Shown: positions 31,427 through 40,026, counted from the first letter of the stretch. The stretch is DNA of 64,000 bases from an uncultured SAR86 cluster bacterium (GCA_902599315.1 CACKEY010000001.1:173328-237327), one strand, 5' to 3'. Notes: generated by a model from the sequence alone, not told the origin. Numbers and translations are program-made.

Positions 31427-32377
31427 ATGTCTTTAAAAACGAAAATTAAAAAACCATTAATACTTGATTCAGCCTTGGGTACCGAGCTTGAAAATCGTGG
31501 CGAATACCTCCCAAGTTTTAAAACTTCTATTTGGTCAGCACATTGCTTAATACATAAGCCAGAAGTTATTAAACAAATACATGTTGATAACATTGAAGCT
31601 GGAGCTGATGTAATTACCACATCAAATTATCAGGCTACTCCAGAATTACTAATTAGAGATCCAAAGGCTCCCTCATATGAAGATCTTGCAAAAAAATCAC
31701 TTGAATTATGTAAAGAAGCTGTTGTTGAAACTGGAGCAAATACCAAGATCGCTGGTTGCTTTCCACCAATTCACATAACCTTTAGGCCTGATTTAAGTGC
31801 AAAGGAAAAAAAATTGAAAAAGTTTTATGCAACCCTAGGCGAAATTTACAAAGATGATGTTGATTTAATTATTTGTGAAACAATGGCATCAATTTATGAG
31901 GGTATTATTGCAGCATCAACTGCTAAAAATTTTACAGACCAAGTCTGGTTAAGTTGGACAACAAGGGGAAATAAACTTAACAGACTCCCAAGTACAGAGT
32001 TATTAGATCTTGCAATTGATGAAGGGTTAAAATTAAATGTTGATTGTCAACTGGTAAATTGTGTTCATGCAGATACTGCTAGCATGGCAATTGAAAAACT
32101 TAAAAAAGAAAAAAGTTTTGGTATATATGCAAACTCCTCTATATATAAAAAAAATAAGTTAGAGGGTTTTGTTACTGACTCTGACGAATGGCATTATCAC
32201 AATCATCAACATATCAATCATTTAGAGTATAGAGAGTTTGTTTCTGAATGGATTACTAAAGGAGCCTCAGTGATAGGCGGTTGTTGCAGAACAACAACTT
32301 CTCACATAAAAGAAATTAGGAAAATTGTTGATGCACTAGACTTTAAATTTAAAAATGTAAACGCTAAAAAATTCTAG
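31427..32377 (+). CDS. Homocysteine S-methyltransferase family protein (MmuM/BHMT-like)
   Basis: 316 aa with the motifs GADVITTSNYQAT and zinc-ligand GGCCRTT. Confidence 0.88.
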   Translation: MSLKTKIKKPLILDSALGTELENRGEYLPSFKTSIWSAHCLIHKPEVIKQIHVDNIEAGADVITTSNYQATPELLIRDPKAPSYEDLAKKSLELCKEAVVETGANTKIAGCFPPIHITFRPDLSAKEKKLKKFYATLGEIYKDDVDLIICETMASIYEGIIAASTAKNFTDQVWLSWTTRGNKLNRLPSTELLDLAIDEGLKLNVDCQLVNCVHADTASMAIEKLKKEKSFGIYANSSIYKKNKLEGFVTDSDEWHYHNHQHINHLEYREFVSEWITKGASVIGGCCRTTTSHIKEIRKIVDALDFKFKNVNAKKF

Positions 32378-32808
32378 TTATTTCTAGTTCTAATTTTTGC
32401 GCACTCCACAACATCGCAGTAGGTTTTTTCCCATCTTTCAAAAGTTTGATAATCCCCAAAATCAATATTTATTTTGAATGAGTTTTTATCGCCCATAAAG
32501 TTTGGTTTAAAGGAGATTACTTCGCCTTCAAGCGATTCAGTACTACTTTCTATAATCGTTTCGGTTACTTTCCCATCTTTAATAACATATCTGCCCTTAT
32601 TAAAGTTCATTTTATTTTCTAAATAAAAAATAATTACAAATTCTCCATTCATGTACATCTTAATCGGAGTAGGGTTTGGCACATCTTGATATTTTTCATC
32701 TACTGCATATTCAACCAGCCTCCAGGTTCCCATTAAGTCACCCTTAATAGCACTATGCCCATAAGAAAAAGAAGAAAAAATAAAAAGTAGTAGTAATATA
32801 TTTTTCAT
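32374..32808 (-). CDS. Hypothetical secreted protein
   Basis: 144 aa with a signal peptide (MKNILLLLFIFSSFSYG). It is convergent with the previous gene, and the two stops share CTAG at 32374-32377. Confidence 0.6.
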   Translation of the reverse strand: MKNILLLLFIFSSFSYGHSAIKGDLMGTWRLVEYAVDEKYQDVPNPTPIKMYMNGEFVIIFYLENKMNFNKGRYVIKDGKVTETIIESSTESLEGEVISFKPNFMGDKNSFKINIDFGDYQTFERWEKTYCDVVECAKIRTRNN

Positions 32809-32847
32809 AACGAATAACTCAATTTAATATTTATTTAAAAAGTAAGT

Positions 32848-33951
32848 TCATCTTAACTTTGTAATACTAAATATTTCATTTTTAAATTGGATTTCTTTTG
32901 ATTTATCTATGACTCTCCTTATCTTTTTTTGAAGCATTGTATTATTTTCCAATGCTTGAATATCTTTTTCTGCTATTTGACCAACATATAACATATTTGC
33001 CCATTTAGCATCTGTGTTATGGCCGAATAATTCCGTAACTGTTTTATCCGGCGCTCGTTTAAATGTGAAATAATAATTTTGAGGTTTAGAAAACTTATAA
33101 ATATTATTTTCTCCAAATGGGTTATCTTTTAAATGTTCAATGATATCTTTTGCTTTATTTGGAAAAGCTTCTTTATCTTTAAACGCTAACTTTAAGACCT
33201 TTTGAACAGAGTCTCCTCCAACTGAGTGAGTTATTAAAAGCTTTCCTGATTTATTCAATAACCTCATCAAGGGCCCAATAACATTTTTTACTTTTACGTT
33301 TACAGATGATGCCGCTCTGTATGCCTGGGATGCTAGTATCAAATCATAGTTATTGTTTTTGTAATTATTTTTCAAAAACTTCTTTAGATGTTTTTCATTG
33401 TCTTCTCTATAAACTCGGATAATGCACGGAGACGAGTATGCAGTTCGATCTTTTTTATCAATTTCTATTCCCCAATTTTTTTTAATAAAATTTCCTAAAA
33501 GATTTCCAGTTATTTGAGAATTAAAGTCAAACGAGTTGTTACTTTTAAGGACTAAATTAAATTCTTTAATTTTCTTATCTTTAATTTTATTTGAATTCTC
33601 AATTAATCCTAGTTCAGCAAATTTTACATTAGTCATCGTTATTAATAGATTTGGGTGCTCAACAAATCTATCTGGCATTTTCTCAAGTGTATTTTTTAAG
33701 TCTTCATAACTGATTTCTTTTCCAGTAATTAATAGGGAAGAGTATGGATGATATTTATGAAAGCTTTTAATAATATTAGAGAAGATTGTTCCGTCACCTG
33801 TCCCAGCATCTAAAATTCTTAAATATGATTTGTTATCAGATAAGCTTGCAATATGTGAATAAACTTTTTCAGAAATTGCTTTTTTCTCTCCTGTATTTTG
33901 AATAAACGATAAATACTTTAATCGATCATCAAAGAATCTTTTTTTGCCCAT
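32848..33951 (-). CDS. Hypothetical protein with a SAM-methyltransferase-like motif I
   Basis: 367 aa. ILDAGTGDGT resembles motif I of the class I methyltransferase fold. The rest is unrecognised and Lys/Asn-rich. Confidence 0.45.
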   Translation of the reverse strand: MGKKRFFDDRLKYLSFIQNTGEKKAISEKVYSHIASLSDNKSYLRILDAGTGDGTIFSNIIKSFHKYHPYSSLLITGKEISYEDLKNTLEKMPDRFVEHPNLLITMTNVKFAELGLIENSNKIKDKKIKEFNLVLKSNNSFDFNSQITGNLLGNFIKKNWGIEIDKKDRTAYSSPCIIRVYREDNEKHLKKFLKNNYKNNNYDLILASQAYRAASSVNVKVKNVIGPLMRLLNKSGKLLITHSVGGDSVQKVLKLAFKDKEAFPNKAKDIIEHLKDNPFGENNIYKFSKPQNYYFTFKRAPDKTVTELFGHNTDAKWANMLYVGQIAEKDIQALENNTMLQKKIRRVIDKSKEIQFKNEIFSITKLR

Positions 33952-34021
33952 TTTTTACTTTTTATGATGTTAAATTAATAATAATCTAAAATATCAGCAT
34001 AAGTAACCTTATAGAGGAATT

Positions 34022-34381
34022 ATGAAAAAGATTAACCTGCAAGATAAATTTAAGCAGTTTAGCGATCATTGGTCTCCAAAAATCATTGAAGAGATGAATG
34101 ATTATCAATTTAAACTTGTGAAAATTGAGAATGATTTTACTTGGCATAAACATGAAGACACAGATGAAACGTTCTTTGTTGTTGAAGGCAAAATGGGCAT
34201 TGAGTTTGAGGACGAAATTATAGAATTAGCTGCAGGAGAGATGATTGTTATTCCAAAAGGAAAAAAACACAAACCCTTTGCTGATGATGAGGCAAAAATT
34301 ATGCTTATTGAACCCAAAGGAATTACAAATACTGGAGATGTAGCTAACAACTTCACGGTTGCAAATGATCAATGGATCTAA
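34022..34381 (+). CDS. Cupin domain protein
   Basis: 119 aa with a cupin-like H-x-H...E core (WHKHEDTDETFFVVEG...IPKGKKH). Confidence 0.7.
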   Translation: MKKINLQDKFKQFSDHWSPKIIEEMNDYQFKLVKIENDFTWHKHEDTDETFFVVEGKMGIEFEDEIIELAAGEMIVIPKGKKHKPFADDEAKIMLIEPKGITNTGDVANNFTVANDQWI

Positions 34382-34397
34382 GGCGATATAAAACTTT

Positions 34398-34844
34398 ATG
34401 AACAACAAAATCCCCCCTCCAATAGTTACCCTAATATGCGGATTAGGGATTTACTTTTCTAGGCCGTTTTTCCCTGAATATATTCATAGCTTAAATAATA
34501 TTTTAAGTATTTTTATTTTATTAGCTGGCTTTGGCATTTTATTTATCTCAGCTGCATCTTTTAAAAAACACCAAACAACAATTAATCCTCTCAAACCTGA
34601 ACAAGCTTCATCTTTGGTTATTTCCGGAGTCTTCCGCTTTTCAAGAAATCCAATGTATCTCGGGATGGTTTTTATCTTAATATCTGTATCAATAAAATTT
34701 AATTTAATAGGAGGCTTATTGATAACCTCAATGTTTGCTTTATTCATTACAAAATTTCAAATTATTCCAGAAGAAGCAGCAATGCATAAATTGTTTCCAG
34801 AAGAATTTGCTTCTTACAAGAAAAATACTAGAAGGTGGATATAA
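34398..34844 (+). CDS. Isoprenylcysteine carboxyl methyltransferase (ICMT/PEMT-like) family membrane protein
   Basis: 148 aa with four TM helices and the motif FRFSRNPMYLGM, plus a C-terminal E-E-x-x-x-x-F-G/P-like region. Confidence 0.75.
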   Translation: MNNKIPPPIVTLICGLGIYFSRPFFPEYIHSLNNILSIFILLAGFGILFISAASFKKHQTTINPLKPEQASSLVISGVFRFSRNPMYLGMVFILISVSIKFNLIGGLLITSMFALFITKFQIIPEEAAMHKLFPEEFASYKKNTRRWI

Positions 34845-34968
34845 GCTTTTGCAGCGCTTTTAGTTCAAGATAGATGCTCAATTAAAAACACTTACCCTCT
34901 CATCTTTCAAGCAGTAAAAAATATGTTTTAATAAAAAGTATATTTTTATGCAAATTAAAGGAGAAAAT

Positions 34969-35406
34969 ATGAAAAATATTATGTTAGCTATGATCCTAGT
35001 AGCTTTTTCAAGCCCAACTTTTAGTAATGATCATGAAGGTGAGGGATTCCTTCACCTAGAAAAACGTCAGGCTGACGCGGTTATGACTGTGACCAATGTT
35101 GACATAGGAGACGAATCATCAACGATTAGTGCCACGGGAAAAATGGGAGTATATGGAACAGTCTATGTTACCTATAACCTAACTTATGTAACTAGAACCA
35201 GTGGCTTTGTTACTGGAAATGGCAGGGGTGCACTCGATGCTGATAATGTTGCTGCAGGTGCATTTAGGGGCGTGTGGAATCGAGAGGGCTCAACAATCAA
35301 GATACGTCAAATTGTTCAAATTAGTGATGGCACCCAGAATTTAGATGTAATCGATATTGATATGTTGAAAGATACATTTGTCATAAAGGCCTATATTTTA
35401 AAATAA
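34969..35406 (+). CDS. Hypothetical secreted protein
   Basis: The start is set at ATG 34969, preceded by AAGGAG, giving the signal peptide MKNIMLAMILVAFSSPTFS. The track ORF starts at 34948. Confidence 0.6.
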   Translation: MKNIMLAMILVAFSSPTFSNDHEGEGFLHLEKRQADAVMTVTNVDIGDESSTISATGKMGVYGTVYVTYNLTYVTRTSGFVTGNGRGALDADNVAAGAFRGVWNREGSTIKIRQIVQISDGTQNLDVIDIDMLKDTFVIKAYILK

Positions 35407-35409
35407 TAA

Positions 35410-35727
35410 ATGAAAAAAAAACCCAATCTACAACAATGGGAGATTAAATATCAAAATCATAATATTTTGATTTCTAATTGGTGGGGTTGGAATCTTAAGG
35501 GATCTGCAGATCTATATATTGATAATCAACATCTTGACCAGAATACAAGCATGATCCCTGATACAAGCAAGCCTTTTTTAAAAAATTATAACTTTTCTAA
35601 TGACATTGATTCAGTAGAAGTCTTTATAGGCGGATTTTTTTCTGTCAAGATTTCTGTTCTTGTAAATGGCAAAAACATATACAAAGACCCATTAAATATG
35701 ATCGACAGATTATTTATAAAAAATTAA
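35410..35727 (+). CDS. Hypothetical protein
   Basis: 105-aa ORF starting 3 nt after the previous gene. I recognise no family. Confidence 0.5.
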   Translation: MKKKPNLQQWEIKYQNHNILISNWWGWNLKGSADLYIDNQHLDQNTSMIPDTSKPFLKNYNFSNDIDSVEVFIGGFFSVKISVLVNGKNIYKDPLNMIDRLFIKN

Positions 35728-35793
35728 TTTGATATAAGTGGATAGAATTTTGCAAAGGTGAAATGTCTGTAAAATTAGTTTAATATTACAATT

Positions 35794-35838
35794 ATGTGTG
35801 AATGTTGTAGTTGCTGTACTTGCGATTGTTGCTCATAA
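35794..35838 (+). CDS. Polycysteine mini-ORF (MCECCSCCTCDCCS), either a candidate leader peptide or a metal-binding micropeptide
   Basis: Hand-found: ATG followed by 13 codons, 9 of them Cys (TGT/TGC), then TAA. There is no clear Shine-Dalgarno. An 8-bp perfect hairpin (ATTGTTGC-TCATAA-GCAACAAT, 35825-35846) encloses the stop codon. It lies 63 nt upstream of the MBL gene. Confidence 0.35.
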   Translation: MCECCSCCTCDCCS

Positions 35839-35901
35839 GCAACAATTAAGCTGGTAGTTAATATCCATCGTCTGGCGGTATCCCCCGCGCGTGTGAAATA
35901 A

Positions 35902-36699
35902 ATGCTTATTAAGCAAATACCCATAAGAAATAACCTAAAAAATTACATGTATTTATTAGCATGTGAGAAAACTCACGAGGCAATTGCAATTGATCCGTTG
36001 GATCATGCTTTATGTCTTCAAGCTGCTAAAGATAAGGGGTGGACAATAAAAACAGTTGCTAATACCCATCATCATCATGATCACATTGGCGGTAATGGCC
36101 CTGTTATTTCCGCCACAAATGCAAAATTAGTTGCTCACGTTGAAGCCATGGACGCCATTCCAAATGTTGATAGAGGTTTAAATGCTGGAGATGAGTTGAC
36201 GTGTGGAGAGCTAACTTTGAAGATAATGGATACTCCCGGTCATACAATGAGCCATATTTGTTTATATTATGAGGGTAGCGATACTGAAATGCCCGCTTTA
36301 TTTTGTGGCGACACTTTATTCAATGCAGGGGTAGGGCGATGTGATTTTGGAGGAGAACCATCAATTCTTCATAAAACATTTGAAGAGCAGATTTTTTTAC
36401 TTTCAGACAGTGTTCGCATATATCCAGGACATGATTACATTGAAAATAATTTAGAGTTTACATTAGATAGAGAGCCAGATAATCAGTCCGCTAAAAAATT
36501 AAGAGATAAGTTTAAAAGCGGTCTAGATGCTGAAAGCTTTATAAGCGATATCGGGTTAGAAAGAGAAATCAACGTTTTTTTTAGACTCGATGAGCATCAG
36601 GTTCGAGTTGGAATCGCAGATTCATTAAAAATTGATGTGAATAGTTTAGATCGTCAAAAGACCTTTATTTGCTTAAGGGGATTGCGTGACAATTGGTAA
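35902..36699 (+). CDS. MBL-fold hydrolase, hydroxyacylglutathione hydrolase (GloB)-like, possibly persulfide-dioxygenase-like
   Basis: 265 aa with the metal motif THHHHDHIGGN. GDTLFNAGVGRCDF and YPGHDY are shared with the glyoxalase II and ETHE1 families. Confidence 0.8.
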   Translation: MLIKQIPIRNNLKNYMYLLACEKTHEAIAIDPLDHALCLQAAKDKGWTIKTVANTHHHHDHIGGNGPVISATNAKLVAHVEAMDAIPNVDRGLNAGDELTCGELTLKIMDTPGHTMSHICLYYEGSDTEMPALFCGDTLFNAGVGRCDFGGEPSILHKTFEEQIFLLSDSVRIYPGHDYIENNLEFTLDREPDNQSAKKLRDKFKSGLDAESFISDIGLEREINVFFRLDEHQVRVGIADSLKIDVNSLDRQKTFICLRGLRDNW

Positions 36700-36726
36700 T
36701 CAATTAAATATACACTCACAAAAGTT

Positions 36727-37368
36727 ATGCACTTAATGCCAATAATCAAATGGACTTCCTTTAGCATCATATTTTTTACTTCTATTCTTTTGCCTTTAAT
36801 TTTTTTGGAAACCCCATTATCAACTTATGCAGATGCTGCATTGGCTTGGGCAGGAACCAATAAAATGGCCATTTCATTAATAGTAATTGGTGCGTTAACA
36901 GCAGATGTAATCTTGCCAGTGCCTAACGGTCTTACTAATACTTTGTCTGGGATGTCGCTGGGCTGGAGCTTATCTTCAATTGTAGTTTGGATAGGCCTCA
37001 ATTTAGGAGCCTGCATTGGATATTTACTTGGTAGAATTGCAGCTCGCCCAATTGCAAAGATGATTATTTCTAATGAAGAATTTAATGATGCTGAAAAAGC
37101 GTTGAAAAACTTTAATACTCTTGGATTAATCTTATCTAGACCAGTCCCGGGTTTTGCTGAGCTTATAACTTTAAGTGCAGGTTTATCTAAAATGCCTTTT
37201 AAGAATTTTATTTTTGTTGTTGGGATAACTAATTTAGGGGTTGCGATAGTTTTTTCAGGAATAGGTGCTGCAGCAATAGATAGTAACTCCTCTTTTCTTG
37301 CATTTACTGGTGCTGCGGTTTTACCTGCTTTATGTTATTTTTTTTATAACAAATTTTACAAAACTTAA
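36727..37368 (+). CDS. TVP38/TMEM64 (DedA-related, SNARE-associated) family membrane protein
   Basis: 213 aa, polytopic, with VTT-domain-like segments (LPVPNGLTNTLSG...SRPVPGF). Confidence 0.55.
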   Translation: MHLMPIIKWTSFSIIFFTSILLPLIFLETPLSTYADAALAWAGTNKMAISLIVIGALTADVILPVPNGLTNTLSGMSLGWSLSSIVVWIGLNLGACIGYLLGRIAARPIAKMIISNEEFNDAEKALKNFNTLGLILSRPVPGFAELITLSAGLSKMPFKNFIFVVGITNLGVAIVFSGIGAAAIDSNSSFLAFTGAAVLPALCYFFYNKFYKT

Positions 37369-37377
37369 TACCGCTCT

Positions 37378-37914
37378 GTGACTGAGTTTAAAAATCTTAT
37401 TGTTCTCGGCCCATTGATTTATGCTATTCATCACTTTGAAGAACATATTATTTTTAATTTTAGAGACTGGCGACTTACTTATTTTGCAGATAACAATGCG
37501 ATTGCTACAGAAGAGGTGCTTATAAGATTAATTTCATTGTTATTGATAATGGTCTTTATACACCTATTAAAAAATAACAGAGGCAGTGCCCACATTGTTC
37601 TATTCTTCTTAATGACCACTCAGGTAGTCAATGCACTGTTTCATGTCTTCTTTAGTTTTTATTTTGCTGATTTTAGCCCTGGCGCTATTACAGGTGTGTT
37701 GCTTTATCTTCCTATTAATTTCTTAATATTCAAAGCTGCATTTCAAGAAGGTTTTATTAAAAGCTATCTAGAATTATTTTTTATTTTTATTGCAGGGATG
37801 TCATGTTTCGCTTTATTTGAAATTATAGGACCACAAGTAATAGCATATACAGTCCTAATGACACCAATTTACTATATTATAATGAATAGAATTGAGAATA
37901 AGGTAACTGCATAG
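37378..37914 (+). CDS. HXXEE domain-containing membrane protein
   Basis: 178 aa with a GTG start, an N-terminal HHFEEH motif and multiple TM helices. Confidence 0.6.
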   Translation: MTEFKNLIVLGPLIYAIHHFEEHIIFNFRDWRLTYFADNNAIATEEVLIRLISLLLIMVFIHLLKNNRGSAHIVLFFLMTTQVVNALFHVFFSFYFADFSPGAITGVLLYLPINFLIFKAAFQEGFIKSYLELFFIFIAGMSCFALFEIIGPQVIAYTVLMTPIYYIIMNRIENKVTA

Positions 37915-37974
37915 CAAGCATAAAAATTACTTGTGAAAAATAATTATCTTCAATAGAATCATTCTTCGAAAATT

Positions 37975-38370
37975 ATGAATACGCAATTAAAAGCAGACAA
38001 ACTATCAATCACATTGTCGATGGCATGTATGATTCACTGCCTGTTAATGCCCTCATTTTTAATTCTGACCTCTGGTTTTCTAGCCCTCACAATTGATAAC
38101 GAGCTTATTCACAAAATCTTTTTAATATTGGTTATACCAATAAGTCTGCATGCTTTGATTTCTGGATTTCAAAACCACAAAATCACATCCTATATGTATT
38201 TAGGCATTTCAGGTCTTTGGCTCTTAATTTTTGCTGTCTTTTTTGGAGATGGCGTTTTTGGAGAGCTGGCTGAACAAATTTTAACCTTTTTAGGCTCATT
38301 AATAGTCGCTTATTCGCATTATCAAAACTTTCAAGCGTGCAGAAAACTTGATTGTGATTGTCATGATTAA
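37975..38370 (+). CDS. MerC-domain membrane protein with a Cys/His-rich tail
   Basis: 131 aa with four TM helices, a first helix carrying SMACMIHC, and the C-terminus CRKLDCDCHD. Confidence 0.65.
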   Translation: MNTQLKADKLSITLSMACMIHCLLMPSFLILTSGFLALTIDNELIHKIFLILVIPISLHALISGFQNHKITSYMYLGISGLWLLIFAVFFGDGVFGELAEQILTFLGSLIVAYSHYQNFQACRKLDCDCHD

Positions 38371-38912
38371 TGGCAAAGATTACTCTACGAAAATTTCATA
38401 AATACATTAGTCTGCTAATAGCAATCCAGTTGCTGTTGTGGACAATATCTGGCATTTATTTTTCTTTTAACAAAATAGAAAATATTCGAGGAGAGCAGTA
38501 TCTTGTAGCTTCAACAAAAGCACCAATTGATACAAGTTTTAATGCAGATAAGCTTAATTTTAACGCTGCAAAAAAAATTGTAGAAAAAAAAACAACTCTT
38601 ATTCCTCAGAGCATCGAAATAATTGAAGAATCAAAAAGAGGATCTGAATACAGGGGAAGAGAATTGCCTTTGTATAAAGTGATATCTCTTACAAAACTTG
38701 GCAAAGAGGTCAACGTTTATCAAAACCCATTTACTGGTGAAATCGTTGCCATAAGATCCTCTGAATGGCGGATTTGGGATCTGATGTGGGGCTTGCATAT
38801 AATGGATTGGGTTGACCGAGATAATATTGATAATATACTTTTAAAAATTTTTTCATTTATTGCTCTATTTACGTCTATTTCCGGTGTAATACTTTTTTTT
38901 AAAAAATCATGA
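38370..38912 (+). CDS. PepSY domain-containing membrane protein
   Basis: 180 aa with the N-terminal LRKFHKYISLL TM segment typical of PepSY-TM proteins and a C-terminal TM helix. Its start overlaps the MerC stop by 1 nt. Confidence 0.6.
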   Translation: MAKITLRKFHKYISLLIAIQLLLWTISGIYFSFNKIENIRGEQYLVASTKAPIDTSFNADKLNFNAAKKIVEKKTTLIPQSIEIIEESKRGSEYRGRELPLYKVISLTKLGKEVNVYQNPFTGEIVAIRSSEWRIWDLMWGLHIMDWVDRDNIDNILLKIFSFIALFTSISGVILFFKKS

Positions 38913-40012
38913 AATTTCTTTTACTAAAAATATTTTTTCTCCTTTCAACTTTTCTTTTTGCTGAAGTTGATTCATTAGAACATGATCATGCAATGCATGA
39001 CCATTCAGCAATGACAGAAATGGATTCAAGCCATCATTCCATGAGCCACGGCTTTATTCCAATTGGGATAATGGGAAATATGCATCATAAAGGTTTCATG
39101 TTATCCATTAAACATGGGCGAATGAAAATGGATGGCAATATTTTAGACGGAAAAAATATTAGCGACTCAGAGATTCTTAGTATGAGAAATCCCCTTAGCA
39201 CTATGCCTACCAATCTTTCCATTATTCCTAAAAACATGGACATGAAGATGACCATGATTGATGCCATGTTTGCGCCCAACAATAATTTTACTTTTATGTT
39301 GATGGCAACCTATGTTTCCAAAGACATGAACCTAAGTTCATTTTCTCCCATGATGGCAAGAAACCTAGTGGGACAATTTAGTACATCTGCAAGCGATCTT
39401 TCAAGCCTTACTCTTAGCGGTCTCTTTAATATTAGTCAAACCGATAATTCAAAATGGCATGGAGAGATTTCACTAAAAGAATCAATTGGCAAAAATGACT
39501 CTACGGCAATGGCATTAACACCTATGGGAAAAAAAATAAAAATGATCATGCCCTATGCAATGCAGCCTGGGGATGACTCTACAAGCCTAATCTTTGGTTT
39601 AACCAATTTAAGAGAATTAGGTGAAGGTATTTTCTTGGGCAATCAGCTTAAAAGAAAAAATGTTGTCTCAGAGGCAGATTGGTCTTTTGGCGATGCAACA
39701 GAGCTTAGCTCATGGGTACAATATTCATTATCAAAGATAATGTCTATCTCATCTAGACTAAAGTTTGTTGACGCAGATAGCTTGTCTGGAAGAAACCCAT
39801 TAATTATGGCCCCAGTCCAAACTGCAAATCCAAATAATTATGGTGGTAAAGAATTACACTTGGGCCTAGGTATGAATTTAAACTTGGATCTCTTACCTGG
39901 TGGCAAAGATACCATTGGCATTGAAATACTAAAACCTCTTGATCAAGATAAAAATAACCTTCAAATGAAAACAGACTATCAAATTATTATTGGATATCAA
40001 AAAAGTTTATAA
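38909..40012 (+). CDS. Secreted His/Met-rich protein, possible outer-membrane beta-barrel
   Basis: 367 aa with a signal peptide followed by EHDHAMHDHSAMTEMDSSHHSMSHG. The rest has alternating beta-strand-like character. It overlaps the PepSY gene by 4 nt (ATGA). Confidence 0.5.
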   Translation: MKFLLLKIFFLLSTFLFAEVDSLEHDHAMHDHSAMTEMDSSHHSMSHGFIPIGIMGNMHHKGFMLSIKHGRMKMDGNILDGKNISDSEILSMRNPLSTMPTNLSIIPKNMDMKMTMIDAMFAPNNNFTFMLMATYVSKDMNLSSFSPMMARNLVGQFSTSASDLSSLTLSGLFNISQTDNSKWHGEISLKESIGKNDSTAMALTPMGKKIKMIMPYAMQPGDDSTSLIFGLTNLRELGEGIFLGNQLKRKNVVSEADWSFGDATELSSWVQYSLSKIMSISSRLKFVDADSLSGRNPLIMAPVQTANPNNYGGKELHLGLGMNLNLDLLPGGKDTIGIEILKPLDQDKNNLQMKTDYQIIIGYQKSL

Positions 40013-40026
40013 GCAGGGAAATAAAG

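Noticed and set aside
37955-37965. Palindrome AGAATCATTCT 10 nt upstream of the MerC-domain gene, considered as a Fur, Zur or MerR-type operator.
   Set aside because: It has only 5-bp arms. By hand it matches the 19-bp Fur consensus at about 11 of 19 positions. Such short AT-rich palindromes are expected by chance in this composition.
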